This document shows positions 20,933 through 31,235 of a stretch of DNA of 34,309 nucleotides, one piece after another. This DNA is from a virus (taxonomy: Duplodnaviria > Heunggongvirae > Uroviricota > Caudoviricetes): IMG/VR virus record IMGVR_UViG_2872152978_000008; one strand, 5' to 3'. The notes under the pieces are model-generated. The model had not been told where the DNA came from. It ran no database searches and saw only the letters and a program-made list of their open reading frames with translations. A program made the position numbers and the translations under genes. How positions within the stretch are numbered: position 1 is the first letter of the stretch; every line of letters starts with the position of its first letter.

Positions 20933-21357
20933 ACCGGTTGCTGCTGGTTGTGCTGGCGTTATTATTGGCGGCGCTGGGCTGGCAGACGTGGCGGCTGGCT
21001 GATGCCAGCCAGACCATCAGCACGCAGGCAGACGAGCTGCAGAGCAAAAGCCAGGCACTGGCAAAGAGCAACAGCCAGCTTATCAGCCTGTCCATTCTGA
21101 CTGAAACCAATAACCGGGAGCAGGCGCGGCTCTATGCCGAAGCAGAACAGACCAGTGTACTGCTGAGACAACGACAACGCCGGATTGAGGAACTGAAACG
21201 TGAGAACGAGGATTTACGTCGCTGGGCTGATACTCCTTTGCCTGCTGACATTATCCGGCTGCGGGAACGTCCGGCACTCACCGGAGGTGCAGCTTACCGT
21301 CAGTGGTTGTCCGCGAGTGACGCCGTGTCGGCTGGAGCAGGCAGCGCCGCGCACTAA
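20929..21357 (+). CDS. LysB / Rz-like inner-membrane spanin
   Basis: N-terminal TM segment then a coiled-coil-rich periplasmic domain (QADELQSKSQALAKSNSQ...). Confidence 0.6.
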   Translation: MNRLLLVVLALLLAALGWQTWRLADASQTISTQADELQSKSQALAKSNSQLISLSILTETNNREQARLYAEAEQTSVLLRQRQRRIEELKRENEDLRRWADTPLPADIIRLRERPALTGGAAYRQWLSASDAVSAGAGSAAH

Positions 21358-21490
21358 CGGTGATCTGAATGCGTTGCTGGATGAAACGGAGGCCGCCTGG
21401 GCGGTCTGTGCAGACAAAGTGGACATGATTATTGCGTGTCAGGAGCGAAACAGTGAACAAACCACAATCCCTGCGCCACGCCCTCAATAA
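21200..21490 (+). CDS. LysC / Rz1-like outer-membrane lipoprotein spanin, embedded out of frame in lysB
   Basis: Signal peptide with lipobox LTLSGC, Pro-rich mature part; begins inside lysB in an alternative frame. Confidence 0.6.
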   Translation: MRTRIYVAGLILLCLLTLSGCGNVRHSPEVQLTVSGCPRVTPCRLEQAAPRTNGDLNALLDETEAAWAVCADKVDMIIACQERNSEQTTIPAPRPQ

Positions 21491-21884
21491 AGCAGTGCCT
21501 TATGTCCGTAATAACCCGGACAAACTGCATCTGTTTGTGGATAACGGTTCGCTGGTTGCCTCCGGGGCTAGCTCCATGTCATGGGAGTACCGCTACACCC
21601 TGAACGTGGTGATTGAAGATTTCAGCGGCGACCAGAATCTGCTGATGGCCCCGGTTTTGCTGTGGCTGCGGGATAACCAGCCCGATGCGATCAATAACCC
21701 GGCGTTACGGGAAAAGCTATTCACCTTTGAGGTGGATATTCTGCGCAACGATGTCTGTGATATCAGCCTTAACCTGCAACTGACGGAGCGTGTGCTGGTC
21801 AGCACTGACGGCAGTGTGTCGAACGTTGAAGCGGTAGCGGAACCTGATGAACCTGAAGAAATGTGGACGGTGAAACGTGGCTGA
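21453..21884 (+). CDS. R: Tail completion protein gpR
   Basis: ~143 aa; likely GTG start at 21453 with AGGAGC SD; in the position of P2 R. Confidence 0.7.
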   Translation: MNKPQSLRHALNKAVPYVRNNPDKLHLFVDNGSLVASGASSMSWEYRYTLNVVIEDFSGDQNLLMAPVLLWLRDNQPDAINNPALREKLFTFEVDILRNDVCDISLNLQLTERVLVSTDGSVSNVEAVAEPDEPEEMWTVKRG

Positions 21885-22278
21885 ATTGCAGAAGGTGGAC
21901 GACTGGCTGAGTGCATTATTGGCGAATCTGGAGCCAGCCGCAAGAAGCCGCATGATGCGCCAGCTGGCGCAGGAACTGCGCCGGACACAGCAGCAGAACA
22001 TCAGGATGCAGCGCAATCCAGATGGCAGCAGTTATGAGCCGCGCAGGGTAACAGCACGCAGCAAAAAGGGGCGCATCAAACGTCAGATGTTTACAAAGCT
22101 GCGCACCACAAAATACCTGAAAACTGCAGCCAGCGCCGATTCTGCCAGCGTACAGTTTGAAGGTAGGGTGCAGCGCATTGCCCGTATTCACCATTACGGC
22201 TTGAGTGATCGCGTCAGTCGAAAAGGTATTTATACCATCTATGCGAAAAGGCAGTTATTAGGTTTTAATGTCCGGTAA
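21877..22278 (+). pseudogene. S: Tail completion protein gpS, 3'-truncated by IS1
   Basis: ORF runs into the IS1 left end and stops on a TAA inside the IS1 terminus (...RQLLGFNVR*). Confidence 0.7.
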
Positions 22279-22328
22279 TGCTGCCAACTTACTGATTTAG
22301 TGTATGATGGTGATTTTAAGGTGCTTGC

Positions 22329-22604
22329 GTGGCTTCCATTTCCATCAGATGTCCTTCCTGCTCCGCTACTGAAGGCGTGGTGCGTAACGGCAAAAGCACT
22401 GCCGGACATCAGCGCTATCTCTGCTCTCATTGCCGTAAAACATGGCAACTACAGTTCACTTACACCGCCTCTCAGCCCGGTACGCACCAGAAAATCATTG
22501 ATATGGCCATGAATGGCGTCGGATGTCGCGCCAGTGCACGCATTATGGGCGTTGGCCTCAACACGGTTTTACGTCACTTAAAAAACTCAGGCCGCAGTCG
22601 GTAA
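22329..22604 (+). CDS. insA: IS1 InsA (copy 2)
   Basis: Identical translation to copy 1 InsA. Confidence 0.9.
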   Translation: MASISIRCPSCSATEGVVRNGKSTAGHQRYLCSHCRKTWQLQFTYTASQPGTHQKIIDMAMNGVGCRASARIMGVGLNTVLRHLKNSGRSR

Positions 22605-23026
22605 CCTCGCGCATACAACCGGGCAGTGATGTGATTGTCTGCGCTGAAATGGACGAACAGTGGGGCTACGTCGGTGCTAAATCACGTCAGCGCTGGCTGT
22701 TTTACGCGTATGACAGGATACGGAGGACGGTTGTGGCGCACGTCTTCGGTGAACGCACTCTGGCCACACTGGAGCGTCTTCTGAGCCTGCTGTCGGCCTT
22801 TGAGGTCGTGGTATGGATGACGGATGGCTGGCCGCTGTATGAATCACGCCTGAAGGGAAAGCTGCACGTTATCAGCAAGCGTTACACTCAGCGCATTGAG
22901 CGACATAATCTGAATCTGAGACAACATCTGGCAAGGCTGGGACGGAAGTCACTGTCGTTCTCAAAATCGGTGGAGCTGCATGACAAGGTCATCGGGCATT
23001 ATCTGAACATAAAACACTATCAGTAA
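22523..23026 (+). CDS. insB: IS1 InsB (copy 2)
   Basis: As copy 1, with a T-to-A substitution (TLTTLERL to TLATLERL). Confidence 0.85.
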   Translation: MSRQCTHYGRWPQHGFTSLKKLRPQSVTSRIQPGSDVIVCAEMDEQWGYVGAKSRQRWLFYAYDRIRRTVVAHVFGERTLATLERLLSLLSAFEVVVWMTDGWPLYESRLKGKLHVISKRYTQRIERHNLNLRQHLARLGRKSLSFSKSVELHDKVIGHYLNIKHYQ

Positions 23027-23036
23027 GTTGGCAGCA

Positions 23037-23519
23037 TTACCATGCAGCCCTCACAATATAGTTAAAAGCGACATTTCGTGGGCGTGTTTCATTCGCACCT
23101 GCAGGTTTAGTCGTTGCCGCAACAACACCACCCTCTGTAATAGCCGGGTTGGGAATTGGGTAATTATCGAAGTCAATGGCCGGAGACAGGGGCGTGATTT
23201 GTTTTAAAATCGTGGTGCCTGTAAAACTTTCCAGAGTCTGGTCGTTAGTTCGTGAAGTCCAGATTCCCCAATAGTGGTTATGACTGACAATCGCACCGTC
23301 CTGAAGCGTTAATAATCCCCTTCCGTTATCCACTCCACGTCCGTCATCCCAGCCACGAATAAACTCACCGCGTAAATCAGGCAATTTATTTGTCGGGTAA
23401 GCCTTTGCCAGTTCCGGGTATTCTTCAGCAGAAAAAGCCGCACCATTGCATTTCAGCCAGCCTGTCGGCGGAGTGGCTGAAGGCCACGGAACAGGCACAC
23501 CAACAGGTAATGCAGAGCC
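23037..23519 (-). pseudogene. Orphan tail-fibre variable C-terminal segment, clipped by IS1
   Basis: ...GWLKCNGAAFSAEEYPELAKAYP...NVAFNYIVRAAW is a typical tail-fibre C-terminal variable domain. It has no constant N-terminal part, lies inverted next to an invertase, and its 3' end runs into IS1. Confidence 0.6.
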
Positions 23520-23545
23520 TTCTCCCAAACCAACGTTTAAGAAAA
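23520..23545. other. Candidate 26-bp invertase crossover site (gix/cix/pix-like) TTCTCCCAAACCAACGTTTAAGAAAA
   Basis: Imperfect dyad resembling recalled Hin/Gin/Cin recombination sites, located at the 5' end of the inverted fibre segment and 55 bp upstream of the invertase gene. Confidence 0.45.
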
Positions 23546-23600
23546 TGCAGAGATAATGGCTAACTGGCATCATCCCCGGTTTTTATTCAGGGGATTGATC

Positions 23601-24167
23601 ATGCTTATTGGCTATGTACGCGTGTCAACAAATGACCAGAACACCGATTTGCAACGTAATGCACTGAACTGCGCGGGATGTGAGCGGATTTTTGAGGATA
23701 AAATCAGTGGCACTAAGCCCGACAGACCGGGGCTTAAAAAACTGCTCAGGACACTATCGGCAGGAGACACGCTGGTTGTCTGGAAGCTGGACAGACTGGG
23801 ACGCAGTATGCGGCATCTTGTTACGCTGATAGAAGAGTTGCGCCAGCGTGGTGTGAATTTCCGAAGCCTGACTGACAGTATTGATACCAGTACCCCAATG
23901 GGCCGTTTCTTTTTTCACGTCATGGGGGCTCTGGCTGAAATGGAACGTGAACTGATAGTTGAACGTACCAGAGCAGGGCTGGCTGCAGCTCGTGCCAAAG
24001 GCAGAGTAGGTGGACTCCGTCCTAAGTTGACCACCGAACAGTGGGCACAGATTGGACGTTTACTCGAGGCCGGAGAATCAAGACAGCGTATTGCACTGAT
24101 TTTTGATGTGGGCGTTTCTACCATTTATAGAAAATTTCCGGCGAATGAGAGCAATGAATCGCCCTGA
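23601..24167 (+). CDS. Serine DNA invertase (Hin/Gin/Pin/Cin family)
   Basis: MLIGYVRVSTNDQNTDLQRNAL...GDTLVVWKLDRLGRSMRHL... is the N-terminal resolvase catalytic domain with the active-site Ser in VRVSTNDQ; C-terminal HTH. Confidence 0.85.
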   Translation: MLIGYVRVSTNDQNTDLQRNALNCAGCERIFEDKISGTKPDRPGLKKLLRTLSAGDTLVVWKLDRLGRSMRHLVTLIEELRQRGVNFRSLTDSIDTSTPMGRFFFHVMGALAEMERELIVERTRAGLAAARAKGRVGGLRPKLTTEQWAQIGRLLEAGESRQRIALIFDVGVSTIYRKFPANESNESP

Positions 24168-24309
24168 GTCAGTATTATTTTGATTTTTCCTGTAAGCGGA
24201 CAAATACCGTCATTTTGTGTGAATAACGACACAACTGCGCTTAGCTGTTTGTCAGGCACAATCACTTCAACATAGGGCGAAGCCTAATCCAATCAGGAGG
24301 TTCGCCACT

Positions 24310-25481
24310 ATGGCTCAGGATTACCACCACGGGGTGCGCGTTGTTGAAGTCAACGAAGGCACCCGATCCATTACCACGGTGAGCACCGCCATCGTGGGTA
24401 TGGTCTGCACGGGCGATGATGCCGATGCAAAAATGTTTCCTCTTAATAAACCTGTGCTGATCACTGATGTGCTGACCGCCAGCGGTAAAGCGGGTGAGTC
24501 TGGCACGCTGGCCCGTTCGCTGGATGCCATCGCTGACCAGGCAAAACCCGTGACCGTTGTTGTGCGTGTGCCGCAGGGTGAAACGGAAGAAGAAACCACA
24601 ACCAATATCATTGGCGCAGTGACCGCCGAGGGTAAAAAAACAGGTATGAAAGCCCTGTTATCTGCCCAGTCACAGCTCGGCGTTAAACCGCGCATTCTCG
24701 GCGTGCCAGGTCACGACACGAAGGCGGTAGCTACTGAGTTGCTGAGCGTGGCGCAAAGCCTGCGTGGATTTGCTTACCTGTCAGCGTATGGTTGCAAGAC
24801 GGTGCAGGAAGCAATCACTTACCGTGAAAACTTCAGTCAGCGTGAAGGAATGCTGATCTGGCCCGACTTTACTGGCTGGGACACGGTGCTGAATGCCGAA
24901 GCAACGGCTTATGCCACCGCCCGTGCGCTCGGTCTGCGCGCTAAAATTGATGAGCAGACCGGATGGCACAAAAGCCTGTCCAACGTGGGCGTGAACGGTG
25001 TCACCGGAATTTCTGCTGATGTGTTCTGGGATCTGCAGAACCCGGCAACCGATGCAGGTCTGCTTAACCAGAACGATATCACCACGCTTATCCGCAAAGA
25101 CGGTTTCCGCTTCTGGGTTCCCGCTGTCTGAGCGATGATCCGCTCTTTGCCTTCGAAAACTACACCCGCACGGCGCAGGTGCTGATGGACACGATGGCAG
25201 AAGCGCACATGTGGGCGGTGGACAAACCGCTGAACCCGTCGCTGGCCCGCGACATTATCGAAGGTATCCGCGCCAAAATGCGTAGCCTGGTCAGTCAGGG
25301 CTATCTCATTGGTGGTGATTGCTGGCTGGACGAGTCGGTGAACGATAAAGACACGCTGAAAGCCGGGAAACTCACCATCGATTACGACTACACGCCAGTG
25401 CCGCCACTTGAAAACCTGATGCTGCGTCAGCGCATCACCGATCAGTACCTGGTGAATTTCTCCAGCCAGGTCAGCGCGTAA
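24310..25481 (+). pseudogene. FI: Tail sheath protein FI with a -1 frameshift in the G-run at 25115-25117
   Basis: ORF 24310-25131 ends ...[10 protein letters not shown]. Inserting one G restores ...[35 protein letters not shown]..., which joins ORF 25179-25481. Confidence 0.85.
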
Positions 25482-25490
25482 GGGGACAAC

Positions 25491-26006
25491 ATGGCTTTAC
25501 CACGCAAATTAAAACACCTGAACCTGTTTAACGACGGGAACAACTGGCAGGGGATCGTTGAGTCGCTGACGCTGCCGAAATTCACCCGCAAATATGAGAA
25601 GTATCGCGGCGGCGGTATGCCCGGAGCGGTGGATGTGGATCTGGGACTGGATGACAGTGCACTGGATACAGAATTTTCCATTGGTGGTACTGAACTGCTG
25701 CTGTTTAAGCAGATGGGCAAAGCCACGGTGGATGGCATCCAGCTGCGCTTTACCGGCTCTATTCAGCGTGATGATACCGGGGAAGTGCAGGCCGTGGAGC
25801 TTGTGGTGCGTGGACGTCACAAAGAAGTAGATTCCGGCGAGTGGAAGACGGGCGAAAGCAACACTACCAAAGTGACCAGTACCAACAGCTACGCGAAGCT
25901 GACCATCAATGGTGAGGTGCTCTATGAAGTGGACCTGATCAACATGGTGGAAATTGTGGACGGTGTGGACCTGATGGAAGCGCACCGCAACGCCCTCGGC
26001 CTCTGA
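25491..26006 (+). CDS. FII: Tail tube protein FII
   Basis: 171 aa directly after FI, as P2 FII. Confidence 0.85.
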   Translation: MALPRKLKHLNLFNDGNNWQGIVESLTLPKFTRKYEKYRGGGMPGAVDVDLGLDDSALDTEFSIGGTELLLFKQMGKATVDGIQLRFTGSIQRDDTGEVQAVELVVRGRHKEVDSGEWKTGESNTTKVTSTNSYAKLTINGEVLYEVDLINMVEIVDGVDLMEAHRNALGL

Positions 26007-26060
26007 TGTATCTGAACGGCGCGGAATGCCGCGCCAGAACCTAATTTACAGGACAACAAA

Positions 26061-26363
26061 ATGAGCGATAAGCAGACTGAAAAGACCATTCAACTGGATA
26101 CTCTCATCATGCGCGGTAAAACAGAAATTACCGAAATTGTGTTGCGTAAACCGCAGTCCGGTGCGCTGCGCGGCACACGCCTGCAGGCCATTATGGATAT
26201 GGATGTGAACGCGATGATGACCGTGATCCCCCGCATCTCCAGTCCGGCACTGACTGCACAGGAAATTGCAGAGATGGACCCGGCAGATCTCACTGCCATG
26301 TCGGTTGAGGTTGTCACTTTTTTGTTGAAGAAGTCGGTGCTTGCCGGTTTACCGACAGCCTGA
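26061..26363 (+). CDS. E: Tail assembly chaperone gpE
   Basis: 100-aa ORF between FII and T, with a T6G slip site near its 3' end. Confidence 0.75.
   Translation: MSDKQTEKTIQLDTLIMRGKTEITEIVLRKPQSGALRGTRLQAIMDMDVNAMMTVIPRISSPALTAQEIAEMDPADLTAMSVEVVTFLLKKSVLAGLPTA
26318..26324 (+). other. T TTT TTG slippery heptamer for programmed -1 frameshift producing E+E' (extension to ~26497)
   Basis: The -1 frame after the heptamer is open for 57 codons (VEEVGACRFTDSLTVDDLVADIATIFHWPPSV...SGASHE*) and ends overlapping the T start. Conserved chaperone frameshift of long-tailed phages. Confidence 0.6.
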
Positions 26364-26489
26364 CGGTTGACGATCTGGTGGCTGATATCGCCACCATCTT
26401 TCACTGGCCGCCATCCGTTACTGACGTTATGCCGCTGACCGAAGTGCTGGAATGGCGGGATAAAGCGATTCAGAGAAGCGGGGCCAGCC

Positions 26490-29400
26490 ATGAGTGACAA
26501 TAACCTGCGTCTGCAGGTGATTCTTAATGCGGTTGACAAACTCACCCGCCCATTTCGATCCGCGCAGGCCAGTTCAAGAGAACTGGCTGCTGCTGTCAAA
26601 AAATCCCGCGATGCAATAAAGCAGCTTGATCAGGCCGGGAGCAGTCTGGACAGCTTCCGAAAGCTGCAGGCAGAAAATCAGAAATTAGGCGACAGGCTGA
26701 ACTATGCCCGCCAGCGTGCAAATTTGCTCAGTCAGGAACTGGGAGCGATGGGGCCGCCTTCGCAACGTCAGGTTGTTGCTCTGGGCCGTCAACGGCTGGC
26801 TGTTCAGCGCCTGGAAGAACGCCAGAAAAAGCTGCAGCAGCAGACGGCGCTTGTGCGTGCAGAACTTTATCGTGCTGGTATTTCAGCTAATGATGGCGCC
26901 AGTGCGACGGCCCGCATTACCCGTGAAACGATGCGTTATAACAGGCAGCTTTCTGAGCAGGAAGCGAGGTTACGACGTGTCGGGGAGCAACAGCGAAAAA
27001 TGCACGCCGCCCGGGGGCTTACGCCAGGCGTCTTGAGGTAAGGGATCGTATTGCAGGTGCCGGAGCCACCACCACGGCTGCAGGGCTGGCAATGGGCGCA
27101 CCAGTGATGGCGGCAGTAAAAAGCTATACCAGCATGGAAGATGCCATGAAAGGTGTGGCAAAGCAGGTCAATGGTCTGCGTGACGATAATGGCAACCGCA
27201 CTGCGCGTTTTTACGAAATGCAGGGTGCCATCAAGGCTGCCAGCGAACAGTTGCCGATGGAAAACGGTGCTGTGGACTTCGCCGCACTGGTTGAAGGTGG
27301 TGCGCGCATGAACGTCGCAAACCCTGACGACAGCTGGGAAGACCAGAAACGTGACCTGCTGGCCTTCGCCAGCACGGCGGCAAAGGCGGCAACAGCCTTT
27401 GAACTGCCAGCGGATGAACTGTCAGAAAGTCTGGGGAAAATCGCCCAGCTCTACAAAATCCCTACCCGCAATATTGAGCAGCTCGGTGATGCGCTGAACT
27501 ATCTGGATGATAACGCCATGTCGAAAGGGGCGGACATCATTGATGTCATGCAACGCCTGGGCGGTGTGGCTGACCGTCTGGATTATCGTAAAGCGGCGGC
27601 GCTGGGTTCCACCTTCCTGACACTCGGCGCTGCGCCTGAGGTTGCAGCCAGTGCAGCAAACGCGATGGTGCGTGAATTGTCCATTGCCACCATGCAAAGC
27701 AAGAGTTTCTTTGAAGGGATGAATCTGCTGAAACTCAATCCAGAAGTGATTGAAAAGCAGATGACGAAGGATGCGATGGGAACTATCCAGCGGGTGCTGG
27801 AGAAGGTGAATGCGCTGCCACAGGATAAGCGCCTGTCTGCCATGACCATGTTGTTTGGTAAAGAGTTTGGCGATGACGCAGCGAAACTGGCAAACAACCT
27901 GCCGGAACTTCAGCGCCAGTTAAAACTGACTGCGGGCAATGATGCGCTCGGTTCCATGCAGAAAGAATCCGACATCAACAAGGATTCACTTTCTGCTCAG
28001 TGGTTGCTGGTCAAAACCGGAGCACAGAACACCTTCAGCAGCCTGGGGGAAACGCTGCGCCAGCCGCTGATGGATATTCTGTACACGGTGAAAAGCGTCA
28101 CGGGGGCGTTGCGTCGCTGGGTGGAAGCTAACCCGGAACTGACGGGCACTCTGATGAAAGTAGCCGCTGTGGTAGCTGCCGTTACCGTGGGCCTCGGCAC
28201 CTTAGCGGTGGCGCTGGCTGCAGTGCTGGGGCCGCTGGCAGTCATCCGTCTGGGATTCTCTGTGCTGGGTATCAAAACGTTACCTTCCGTTACGGCAGCA
28301 GTAACCCGAACCAGCAACGCGTTGTCCTGGCTGGCTGGCGCACCACTGGCACTGCTGCGACGCGGGCTTGCTTCATCGGGCAACGCTGCAGGTTTACTTA
28401 CTGCGCCGTTGTCGTCTTTGCGCCGCACGGCATCACTGACGGGAAATGTCCTGAAAACTGTAGCAGGTGCGCCGGTTGCACTTTTGCGGTCTGGATTATC
28501 CGGTTTACGTGCGGTTGCTGTGATGTTTATGAATCCACTGGCGGTACTACGCGGCGGACTGGCTGCCACAGGCACGGTGCTGCGTATGCTCGCATCCGGT
28601 CCACTGGCGATGCTGCGCGTTGCCCTGTATGCCGTCTCTGGTCTGTTAGGTGCTCTGCTCAGTCTGATAGGTCTTGTGGTTACTGCACTGGCGGGTGTGG
28701 CGCTGGTTGTCTGGAAATACTGGCAGCCCATCACCACATTTCTCGGTGGCGTGGTGGAAGGATTCAAAGCGGCGGCAGGTCCTGTCAGTGCCGCGTTCGA
28801 ACCGCTTAAGCCTGTGTTCCAGTGGATTGGCGACAAAGTACAGGCGCTGTGGGGCTGGTTTACTGATCTGCTGACGCCCGTTAAGTCGACCTCTGCCGAA
28901 CTGCAGAGTGCAGCGGCAATGGGGCGACGATTCGGGGAGGCTCTGGCGGAAGGGCTGAATATGGTCATGCATCCGCTGGACTCCCTGAAATCCGGCGTTT
29001 CCTGGTTGCTGGAGAAACTTGGCATTGTCAGTAAAGAGGCCGCAAAGGCGAAACTGCCGGAAAGCGTGACGCGTCAGCAACCTGCGACGGTGAATGCAGA
29101 CGGTAAAGTGATGATGCCATCGGGTGGTTTTCCGTCATGGGGATATGGCTTTGCGGGGATGTATGACAGCGGCGGGTATATCCCGCGCGGGCAGTTTGGC
29201 ATCGTCGGTGAAAACGGGCCGGAAATTGTTAACGGCCCGGCAAATGTGACCAGCCGGAGAAATACAGCTGCACTGGCTGCCGTTGTTGCCGGAATGATGG
29301 GTGTTGCTGCTACGCCAGCAGAGCTTCCACCGTTGCACCCTTTGGCACTTCCCGCGAAAGGCGGTGAAGCGATGGTGAGTCGTGCAGCCACTGTGCCGCC

Positions 29401-29566
29401 CGTTCAACGGATTGAGGCACCGATGCAGATCATCATTCAAACGCAGCCAGGACAAAGTGCGCAGGATATTGCGCGGGAGGTGGCCCGCCAGCTTGATGAA
29501 CGTGAACGCAGGCTGAAGGCAAAAGCCAGGAGTAACTACAGCGATCAGGGGGGATACGACGCATGA
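26490..29566 (+). pseudogene. T: Tape measure protein gpT with a frameshift in the G-run at 27013-27017
   Basis: ORF 26490-27041 and ORF 27092-29566 are in different frames. Adding one G gives ...AARGAYARRLEVRDRIAGAGATTTAAGLAMGAPVMAAVK..., continuous. Ala/Leu-rich repetitive C-terminal part typical of tape measure. Confidence 0.8.
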
Positions 29567-30048
29567 TGATGGTGCTGGGATTGTACGTGTTTATGCTGCG
29601 CACCGTGCCGTATCAGGAGCTGCAGTATCAACGCAGCTGGCGACATGCGGCAAACAGCCGGGTAAACCGACGCCCGTCAACGCAGTTTCTGGGACCGGAC
29701 AACGACATGCTGACGCTTTCTGGTGTTCTTATGCCGGAGGTAACGGGCGGCAGGCTGTCGTTGCTGGCTCTGGAGCAGATGGCAGAACAGGGAAAAGCAT
29801 GGCCCCTGATTGAAGGCAGCGGCACGATTTACGGCATGTATGTGATTGAGGGACTGAATCAGACTAAAACGGAGTTTTTCCGCGACGGTATGCCGCGCCG
29901 GATTGAGTTCACCCTGTCGCTAAAACGCGTGGATGAATCCCTGTCCGATATGTTCGGTGATCTCAGTGCGCAACTGAATAATCTGCAGGGAACGGCAACA
30001 TCTGCCTTAAGCGATATCAGTAAAACGGTGGGAGGGCTGCTGTCGTGA
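29563..30048 (+). CDS. U: Tail protein gpU
   Basis: 161 aa following T, as in P2. Confidence 0.8.
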   Translation: MMMVLGLYVFMLRTVPYQELQYQRSWRHAANSRVNRRPSTQFLGPDNDMLTLSGVLMPEVTGGRLSLLALEQMAEQGKAWPLIEGSGTIYGMYVIEGLNQTKTEFFRDGMPRRIEFTLSLKRVDESLSDMFGDLSAQLNNLQGTATSALSDISKTVGGLLS

Positions 30049-31145
30049 ATTTCAGCTCTGAACTGCTTAACAAAGGCAACAAAACTCCGGCATTCAGCAT
30101 CAGTATTGAAGGCAGGGATATCACCACTGTGCTGGACAACCGCCTGATGGGGCTGACGCTGACGGATAACCGGGGCTTTGAGGCGGACCAGCTTGATCTG
30201 GAGCTGGACGACGCCGATGGAAAAATCGTGCTGCCGCGCCGTGGGGCTGTCATTACGCTGGCGCTGGGCTGGAAGGGACAGCCGCTTTTCCCGAAAGGGG
30301 CATTCACGGTGGACGAGATTGAACACACTGGCGCACCGGATCGCCTGACTATCCGGGCGCGAAGTGCTGATTTTCGTGAAACGCTGAATACCCGCCGTGA
30401 AAAGTCGTGGCACAAGACCACCGTTGGGGAAGTGGTGAAGGAAATAGCTGCGCGGCACAAACTGAAGATGGCATTGGGTGAAGACTTGTCGGATAAACTC
30501 GTGGAGCATATAGACCAGACTAATGAGAGTGACGGCAGTTTTTTGATGCGGCTGGCGCGCCAGTACGGTGCTATTGCGTCGGTGAAAAATGGCAATCTGT
30601 TATTCATCCGGCAGGGGCAGGGTAAAAGCGCCAGCGGTAAACCACTACCGGTGATCACTATCACACGCAAGGACGGCGACAGTCACCGCTTTACCCTGGC
30701 AGATCGCGGAGCTTACACGGGCGTCATTGCCAGCTGGTTGCATACCCGCGAACCCGCGAAGAAAGAAAGCACCACGGTGAAGCGTAAGCGCAGGACTAAG
30801 AAGCAGAAGAAAGAGCCGGAAGCGAAGCAGGGCGATTACCTGGTGGGTACGGATGAAAACGTGCTGGTACTTAATCGCACTTATGCCAACCGGAGCAACG
30901 CCGAACGGGCAGCGAAAATGCAGTGGGAACGCCTGCAACGCGGCGTTGCATCATTCTCGCTACAACTGGCGGAAGGGCGGGCAGATCTCTACACAGAAAT
31001 GCCTGTGAAGGTCAGTGGCTTTAAACAGCCGATAGATGATGCGGAATGGACCATTACGACTCTGACGCATACTGTCAGCCCGGATAACGGTTTTACGACC
31101 AGTCTGGAGCTTGAAGTGAGGATTGATGATTTCGCAATGGAATGA
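30045..31145 (+). CDS. D: Late tail gene D protein
   Basis: 366 aa following U, as in P2. Confidence 0.85.
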   Translation: MNFSSELLNKGNKTPAFSISIEGRDITTVLDNRLMGLTLTDNRGFEADQLDLELDDADGKIVLPRRGAVITLALGWKGQPLFPKGAFTVDEIEHTGAPDRLTIRARSADFRETLNTRREKSWHKTTVGEVVKEIAARHKLKMALGEDLSDKLVEHIDQTNESDGSFLMRLARQYGAIASVKNGNLLFIRQGQGKSASGKPLPVITITRKDGDSHRFTLADRGAYTGVIASWLHTREPAKKESTTVKRKRRTKKQKKEPEAKQGDYLVGTDENVLVLNRTYANRSNAERAAKMQWERLQRGVASFSLQLAEGRADLYTEMPVKVSGFKQPIDDAEWTITTLTHTVSPDNGFTTSLELEVRIDDFAME

Positions 31146-31235
31146 TTCTTCGCAATGGAGAACTTTTAAGTTTGCAAAATGGAATAATGCGGTATCATTA
31201 TTGTGAATTTAGCAAAAATGGGGAGAACTCGAAAA

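Larger units (their letters stand above)
22274..23041 (+). mobile_element. IS1 copy 2 (768 bp), same orientation as copy 1, no target duplication
   Basis: Ends GGTAATGCTGCC... and ...GGCAGCATTACC. Flanking 9-mers TTAATGTCC vs ATGCAGCCC differ. InsB differs from copy 1 by one residue. Confidence 0.9.

Noticed and set aside
27997-29025. 342-aa ORF on the minus strand
   Set aside because: Lies entirely antisense within the tape measure gene; GC-rich, low-complexity Ala/Ser/Pro/Arg translation typical of a shadow ORF. No start context.
29859-30670. Two overlapping minus-strand ORFs (216 and 217 aa)
   Set aside because: Antisense to gpD, with Arg/Ser/Pro-rich compositionally biased translations; treated as shadow ORFs.
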